In this document: positions 56,001 to 64,000 of the stretch, one piece after another | Position numbering within the stretch: the stretch's first letter is position 1 | How the letters are laid out: every line of letters starts with the position of its first letter | Assembly (NCBI GenBank): GCA_964057225.1 | Contig: OZ059895.1 | Coordinates: 20,026,001 to 20,090,000, forward strand | Direction of reading: 5' to 3' | Source of the DNA: Auanema rhodensis | Taxonomy: Eukaryota > Animalia > Nematoda | DNA: 64,000 bases | The notes under the pieces: generated by a model | What the model saw: the letters and a program-made list of their open reading frames with translations, nothing else | Databases searched by the model: none | What the model was told of the DNA's origin: nothing | Program-made: the position numbers and the translations under genes

Positions 56001-59000
56001 TCGTTGAATAACATTGTCCATCGTCTTTGCCTTGAAAAAAGGAATCTAAAAACATCTACTTCTTGCTAAATTATTTTGAAATTTTTCGAAAAAATTTTTG
56101 TCAAAATGTTTTTGGAAGCAATGTTGAGTGTACATGGAAACTCAACATACACTAATGCATCATTTTTCAAACGATCATAACTAATTTTTGTATTGAGCGT
56201 TTCTCAATGTAGTATAGTGCATTCGATGCGGATTTTTAAGCTGCGTCGATCTGTGTTATCAGATTTGCGCTAGCTTAAAAATGCACCGAGATATCAACTG
56301 ATATATGTTCACACTTATATCCTCGATTTTCACCCTGAAGAAATTATTTTTTCGTTGAATAACATTGTCCATCGTCTTTGCCTTGAAAAAAGGAATCTAA
56401 AAACATCTACTTCTTGCTAAATTATTTTGAAATTTTTCGAAAAAATTTTTGTCAAAATGTTTTTGGAAGCAATGTTGAGTGTACATGGAAACTCAACATA
56501 CACTAATGCATCATTTTTCAAACGATCATAACTAATTTTTGTATTGAGCGTTTCTCAATGTAGTATAGTGCATTCGATGCGGATTTTTAAGCTGCGTCGA
56601 TCTGTGTTATCAGATTTGCGCTAGCTTAAAAATGCACCGAGATATCAACTGATATAAGTTCACACTTATATCCTCGATTTTCACCCTGAAGAAATTATTT
56701 TTTCGTTGAATAACATTGTCCATCGTCTTTGCCTTGAAAAAAGGAATCTAAAAACATCTACTTCTTGCTAAATTATTTTGAAATTTTTCGAAAAAATTTT
56801 TGTCAAAATGTTTTTGGAAGCAATGTTGAGTGTACATGGAAACTCAACATACACTAATGCATCATTTTTCAAACGATCATAACTAATTTTTGTATTGAGC
56901 GTTTCTCAATGTAGTATAGTGCATTCGATGCGGATTTTTAAGCTGCGTCGATCTGTGTTATCAGATTTGCGCTAGCTTAAAAATGCACCGAGATATCAAC
57001 TGATATAAGTTCACACTTATATCCTGGATTTTCACCCTGAAGAAATTATTTTTTCGTTGAATAACATTGTCCATCGTCTTTGCCTTGAAAAAAGGAATCT
57101 AAAAACATCTACTTCTTGCTAAATTATTTTGAAATTTTTCGAAAAAATTTTTGTCAAAATGTTTTTGGAAGCAATGTTGAGTGTACATGGAAACTCAACA
57201 TACACTAATGCATCATTTTTCAAACGATCATAACTAATTTCTGTATTGAGCGTTTCTCAATGTAGTATAGTGCATTCGATGCGGATTTTTAAGCTGCGTC
57301 GATCTGTGTTATCAGATTTGCGCTAGCTTAAAAATGCACCGAGATATCAACTGATATATGTTCACACTTATATCCTCGATTTTCACCCTGAAGAAATTAT
57401 TTTTTCGTTGAATAACATTGTCCATCGTCTTTGCCTTGAAAAAAGGAATCTAAAAACATCTACTTCTTGCTAAATTATTTTGAAATTTTTCGAAAAAATT
57501 TTTGTCAAAATGTTTTTGGAAGCAATGTTGAGTGTACATGGAAACTCAACATACACTAATGCATCATTTTTCAAACGATCATAACTAATTTTTGTATTAA
57601 GCGTTTCTCAATGTAGTATAGTGCATTCGATGCGGATTTTTAAGCTGCGTCGATCTGTGTTATCAGATTTGCGCTAGCTTAAAAATGCACCGAGATATCA
57701 ACTGATATAAGTTCACACTTAGATCCTCGATTTTCACCCTGAAGAATTAATTTTTTCGTTGAATAACAATGTCCATCGTCTTTGCCTTGAAAAAAGAAAT
57801 CTAAAAACATCTACTTCTTGCTAAATTATTTTGAAATTTTTCGAAAAAATTTTTGTCAAAATGTTTTTGGAAGCAATGTTGAGTGTACATGGAAACTCAA
57901 CATACACTAATGCATCAATTTTCAAACGATCATAACTAATTTTTGTATTGAGCGTTTCTCAGTGTATTATAGTGCATTCGATGCGGATTTTTAAGCTGCG
58001 TCGATCTGTGTTATCAGATTTGCTCTAGCTTAAAAATGCACCGAGATATCAACTGATATATGTTCACACTTATATCCTCGATTTTCACCCTGAAGAAATT
58101 ATTTTTTCGTTGAATAACATTGTCCATCGTCTTTGCCTTGAAAAAAGGAATCTAAAAACATCTACTTCTTGCTAAATTATTTTGAAATTTTTCGAAAAAA
58201 TTTTTGTCAAAATGTTTTTGGAAGCAATGTTGAGTGTACATGGAAACTCAACATACACTAATGCATCATTTTTCAAACGATCATAACTAATTTTTGTATT
58301 GAGCGTTTCTCAATGTAGTATAGTGCATTCGATGCGGATTTTTAAGCTGCGTCGATCTGTGTTATCAGATTTGCGCTAGCTTAAAAATGCACCGAGATAT
58401 CAACTGATATAAGTTCACACTTATATCCTGGATTTTCACCCTGAAGAAATTATTTTTTCGTTGAATAACATTGTCCATCGTCTTTGCCTTGAAAAAAGGA
58501 ATCTAAAAACATCTACTTCTTGCTAAATTATTTTGAAATTTTTCGAAAAAATTTTTGTCAAAATGTTTTTGGAAGCAATGTTGAGTGTACATGGAAACTC
58601 AACATACACTAATGCATCATTTTTCAAACGATCATAACTAATTTCTGTATTGAGCGTTTCTCAATGTAGTATAGTGCATTCGATGCGGATTTTTAAGCTG
58701 CGTCGATCTGTGTTATCAGATTTGCGCTAGCTTAAAAATGCACCGAGATATCAACTGATATAAGTTCACACTTAGATCCTCGATTTTCACCCTGAAGAAT
58801 TAATTTTTTCGTTGAATAACAATGTCCATCGTCTTTGCCTTGAAAAAAGAAATCTAAAAACATCTACTTCTTGCTAAATTATTTTGAAATTTTTCGAAAA
58901 AATTTTTGTCAAAATGTTTTTGGAAGCAATGTTGAGTGTACATGGAAACTCAACATACACTAATGCATCATTTTTCAAACGATCATAACTAATTTTTGTA

Positions 59001-60600
59001 TTAAGCGTTTCTCAATGTAGTATAGTGCATTCGATGCGGATTTTTAAGCTGCGTCGATCTGTGTTATCAGATTTGCGCTAGCTTAAAAATGCACCGAGAT
59101 ATCAACTGATATAAGTTCACACTTAGATCCTCGATTTTCACCCTGAAGAATTAATTTTTTCGTTGAATAACAATGTCCATCGTCTTTGCCTTGAAAAAAG
59201 AAATCTAAAAACATCTACTTCTTGCTAAATTATTTTGAAATTTTTCGAAAAAATTTTTGTCAAAATGTTTTTGGAAGCAATGTTGAGTGTACATGGAAAC
59301 TCAACATACACTAATGCATCATTTTTCAAACGATCATAACTAATTTTTGTATTAAGCGTTTCTCAATGTAGTATAGTGCATTCGATGCGGATTTTTAAGC
59401 TGCGTCGATCTGTGTTATCAGATTTGCGCTAGCTTAAAAATGCACCGAGATATCAACTGATATAAGTTCACACTTAGATCCTCGATTTTCACCCTGAAGA
59501 ATTAATTTTTTCGTTGAATAACAATGTCCATCGTCTTTGCCTTGAAAAAAGAAATCTAAAAACATCTACTTCTTGCTAAATTATTTTGAAATTTTTCGAA
59601 AAAATTTTTGTCAAAATGTTTTTGGAAGCAATGTTGAGTGTACATGGAAACTCAACATACACTAATGCATCAATTTTCAAACGATCATAACTAATTTTTG
59701 TATTGAGCGTTTCTCAGTGTAGTATAGTGCATTCGATGCGGATTTTTAAGCTGCGTCGATCTGTGTTATCAGATTTGCGCTAGCTTAAAAATGCACCGAG
59801 ATATCAACTGATATATGTTCACACTTATATCCTCGATTTTCACCCTGAAGAAATTATTTTTTCGTTGAATAACATTGTCCATCGTCTTTGCCTTGAAAAA
59901 AGAAATCTAAAAACATCTACTTCTTGCTAAATTATTTTGAAATTTTTCGAAAAAATTTTTGTCAAAATGTTTTTGGAAGCAATGTTGAGTGTACATGGAA
60001 ACTCAACATACACTAATGCATCATTTTTCAAACGATCATAACTAATTTTTGTATTGAGCGTTTCTCAGTGTAGTATAGTGGATTCGATGCGGATTTTTAA
60101 GCTGCGTCGATCTGTGTTATCAGATTTGCGCTAGCTTAAAAATGCACCGAGATATCAACTGATATAAGTTCACACTTAGATCCTCGATTTTCACCCTGAA
60201 GAATTAATTTTTTCGTTGAATAACAATGTCCATCGTCTTTGCCTTAAAAAAAGAAATCTAAAAACATCTACTTCTTGCTAAATTATTTTGAAATTTTTCG
60301 AAAAAATTTTTGTCAAAATGTTTTTGGAAGCAATGTTGAGTGTACATGGAAACTCAACATACACTAATGCATCATTTTTCAAACGATCATAACTAATTTT
60401 TGTATTGAGCGTTTCTCAGTGTAGTATAGTGCATTCGATGCGGATTTTTAAGCTGCGTCGATCTGTGTTATCAGATTTGCGCTAGCTTAAAAATGCACCG
60501 AGATATCAACTGATATATGTTCACACTTATATCCTCGATTTTCACCCTGAAGAAATTATTTTTTCGTTGAATAACATTGTCCATCGTCTTTGCCTTGAAA

Positions 60601-63600
60601 AAAGGAATCTAAAAACATCTACTTCTTGCTAAATTATTTTGAAATTTTTCGAAAAAATTTTTGTCAAAATGTTTTTGGAAGCAATGTTGAGTGTACATGG
60701 AAACTCAACATACACTAATGCATCATTTTTCAAACGATCATAACTAATTTTTGTATTGAGCATTTCTCAATGTAGTATAGTGCATTCGATGCGGATTTTT
60801 AAGCTGCGTCGATCTGTGTTATCAGATTTGCGCTAGCTTAAAAATGCACCGAGATATCAACTGATATATGTTCACACTTATATCCTCGATTTTCACCCTG
60901 AAGAAAATATTTTTTCGTTGAATAACATTGTCCATCGTCTTTGCCTTGAAAAAAGGAATCTAAAAACATCTTCTTTTTGCTAAATTATTTTGAAATTTTT
61001 CGAAAAAATTTTTGTCAAAATGTTTTTGGAAGCAATGTTGAGTGTACATGGAAACTCAACATACACTAATGCATCATTTTTCAAACGATCATAACTAATT
61101 TTTGTATTAAGCGTTTCTCAATGTAGTATAGTGCATTCGATGCGGATTTTTAAGCTGCGTCGATCTGTGTTATCAGATTTGCTCTAGCTTAAAAATGCAC
61201 CGAGATATCAACTGATATATGTTCACACTTATATCCTCGATTTTCACCCTGAAGAAATTATTTTTTCGTTGAATAACATTGTCCATCGTCTTTGCCTTGA
61301 AAAAAGGAATCTAAAAACATCTACTTCTTGCTAAATTATTTTGAAATTTTTCGAAAAAATTTTTGTCAAAATGTTTTTGGAAGCAATGTTGAGTGTACAT
61401 GGAAACTCAACATACACTAATGCATCATTTTTCAAACGATCATAACTAATTTTTGTATTGAGCGTTTCTCAATGTAGTATAGTGCATTCGATGCGGATTT
61501 TTAAGCTGCGTCGATCTGTGTTATCAGATTTGCGCTAGCTTAAAAATGCACCGAGATATCAACTGATATATGTTCACACTTATATCCTCGATTTTCACCC
61601 TGAAGAAATTATTTTTTCGTTGAATAACATTGTCCATTGTCTTTGCCTTGAAAAAAGGAATCTAAAAACATCTACTTCTTGCTAAATTATTTTGAAATTT
61701 TTCGAAAAAATTTTTGTCAAAATGTTTTTGGAAGCAATATTGAGTGTACATGGAAACTCAACATACACTAATGCATCATTTTTCAAACGATCATAACTAA
61801 TTTTTGTATTGAGCGTTTCTCAGTGTAGTATAGTGGATTCGATGCGGATTTTTAAGCTGCGTCGATCTGTGTTATCAGATTTGCGCTAGCTTAAAAATGC
61901 ACCGAGATATCAACTGATATAAGTTCACACTTAGATCCTCGATTTTCACCCTGAAGAATTAATTTTTTCGTTGAATAACAATGTCCATCGTCTTTGCCTT
62001 AAAAAAAGGAATCTAAAAACATCTACTTCTTGCTAAATTATTTTGAAATTTTTCGAAAAAATTTTTGTCAAAATGTTTTTGGAAGCAATATTGAGTGTAC
62101 ATGGAAACTCAACATACACTAATGCATCATTTTTCAAACGATCATAACTAATTTTTGTATTGAGCGTTTCTCAGTGTAGTATAGTGGATTCGATGCGGAT
62201 TTTTAAGCTGCGTCGATCTGTGTTATCAGATTTGCGCTAGCTTAAAAATGCACCGAGATATCAACTGATATAAGTTCACACTTAGATCCTCGATTTTCAC
62301 CCTGAAGAATTAATTTTTTCGTTGAATAACAATGTCCATCGTCTTTGCCTTGAAAAAAGAAATCTAAAAACATCTACTTCTTGCTAAATTATTTTGAAAT
62401 TTTTCGAAAAAATTTTTGTCAAAATGTTTTTGGAAGCAATGTTGAGTGTACATGGAAACTCAACATACACTAATGCATCATTTTTCAAACGATCATAACT
62501 AATTTTTGTATTGAGCGTTTCTCAGTGTAGTATAGTGGATTCGATGCGGATTTTTAAGCTGCGTCGATCTGTGTTATCAGATTTGCGCTAGCTTAAAAAT
62601 GCACCGAGATATCAACTGATATAAGTTCACACTTAGATCCTCGATTTTCACCCTGAAGAATTAATTTTTTCGTTGAATAACAATGTCCATCGTCTTTGCC
62701 TTAAAAAAAGAAATCTAAAAACATCTACTTCTTGCTAAATTATTTTGAAATTTTTCGAAAAAATTTTTGTCAAAATGTTTTTGGAAGCAATGTTGAGTGT
62801 ACATGGAAACTCAACATACACTAATGCATCATTTTTCAAACGATCATAACTAATTTTTGTATTGAGCATTTCTCAATGTAGTATAGTGCATTCGATGCGG
62901 ATTTTTAAGCTGCGTCGATCTGTGTTATCAGATTTGCGCTAGCTTAAAAATGCACCGAGATATCAACTGATATATGTTCACACTTATATCCTCGATTTTC
63001 ACCCTGAAGAAATTATTTTTTCGTTGAATAACATTGTCCATCGTCTTTGCCTTGAAAAAAGGAATCTAAAAACATCTTCTTTTTGCTAAATTATTTTGAA
63101 ATTTTTCGAAAAAATTTTTGTCAAAATGTTTTTGGAAGCAATGTTGAGTGTACATGGAAACTCAACATACACTAATGCATCATTTTTCAAACGATCATAA
63201 CTAATTTTTGTATTAAGCGTTTCTCAATGTAGTATAGTGCATTCGATGCGGATTTTTAAGCTGCGTCGATCTGTGTTATCAGATTTGCTCTAGCTTAAAA
63301 ATGCACCGAGATATCAACTGATATATGTTCACACTTATATCCTCGATTTTCACCCTGAAGAAATTATTTTTTCGTTGAATAACATTGTCCATCGTCTTTG
63401 CCTTGAAAAAAGGAATCTAAAAACATCTACTTCTTGCTAAATTATTTTGAAATTTTTCGAAAAAATTTTTGTCAAAATGTTTTTGGAAGCAATGTTGAGT
63501 GTACATGGAAACTCAACATACACTAATGCATCATTTTTCAAACGATCATAACTAATTTTTGTATTGAGCGTTTCTCAATGTAGTATAGTGCATTCGATGC

Positions 63601-64000
63601 GGATTTTTAAGCTGCGTCGATCTGTGTTATCAGATTTGCGCTAGCTTAAAAATGCACCGAGATATCAACTGATATATGTTCACACTTATATCCTCGATTT
63701 TCACCCTGAAGAAATTATTTTTTCGTTGAATAACATTGTCCATCGTCTTTGCCTTGAAAAAAGGAATCTAAAAACATCTACTTCTTGCTAAATTATTTTG
63801 AAATTTTTCGAAAAAATGTTTGTCAAAATGTTTTTGGAAGCAATATTGAGTGTACATGGAAACTCAACATACACTAATGCATCATTTTTCAAACGATCAT
63901 AACTAATTTTTGTATTGAGCGTTTCTCAATGTAGTATAGTGCATTCGATGCGGATTTTTAAGCTGCGTCGATCTGTGTTATCAGATTTGCGCTAGCTTAA
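60601..64000. repeat. 6-mer (2106-bp) duplication, second copy cut by the window end
   Basis: GAGCATTTC is at 60762/62868, TTGCTCTAG at 61183/63289 and GCAATATTG at 61739/63845, all 2106 apart. Confidence 0.85.

Larger units (their letters stand above)
1..64000. repeat. Tandem satellite DNA array, 351-bp AT-rich monomer, 182 full copies plus a 241-bp partial copy, running off both window ends
   Basis: AAAGGAATCTAAAAACATCT recurs at 1, 352, 703 and onward, and position 7021 is in phase with position 1 (20x351). The observed indels are +1 twice, -4 four times, -54 twice and -1 once (net -123). With that correction the last monomer starts at 63760 = 1+182x351-123 exactly, so no foreign insertion exists. 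Monomers differ from each other by only a few substitutions. Confidence 0.99.

Noticed and set aside
27000-57400. Combinatorial code in the four biallelic sites
   Set aside because: The patterns are adequately explained by recombination and block duplication among a few haplotypes, and nothing indicates function.
1-64000. CRISPR array or other repeat-spacer system
   Set aside because: There are no unique spacers, because the full 351 bp repeats. No cas or other genes are present.
1-64000. Embedded transposon insertion or strand inversion
   Set aside because: Monomer phase arithmetic accounts for every base, and all monomers have the same orientation.

Overview
The whole 64 kb window is one uninterrupted head-to-tail array of an AT-rich eukaryotic-type satellite DNA. 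The monomer is 351 bp (about 31% GC by hand count of monomer 1). There are 182 complete monomers plus a 241-bp partial one, all in the same orientation. I see no genes, RNA genes, transposon insertions, inversions or CRISPR spacers. The 11 63-aa ORFs are by-products of one satellite SNP that removes a stop codon. The informative structure is in the monomer variants, which define local higher-order repeats (HORs) and tandem block duplications. These are a dimer zone (1-6 kb), 7-mer x2 (7.4-12.3 kb), trimer x3 (16.5-19.7 kb), a 6+4 10-mer (20-26 kb), 12-mer x2 with a 54-bp deletion (27.4-35.7 kb), 7-mer x3-4 (37.4-50 kb), a nearly homogeneous core (50-57 kb) and a 6-mer duplication at the right end. 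The monomer is also rich in dyad symmetries and A/T tracts and shows no CpG depletion. This fits a centromeric or pericentromeric satellite of a low-methylation invertebrate, but that is inference. I cannot name the family or species, and I found no evidence of a new protein-coding system.
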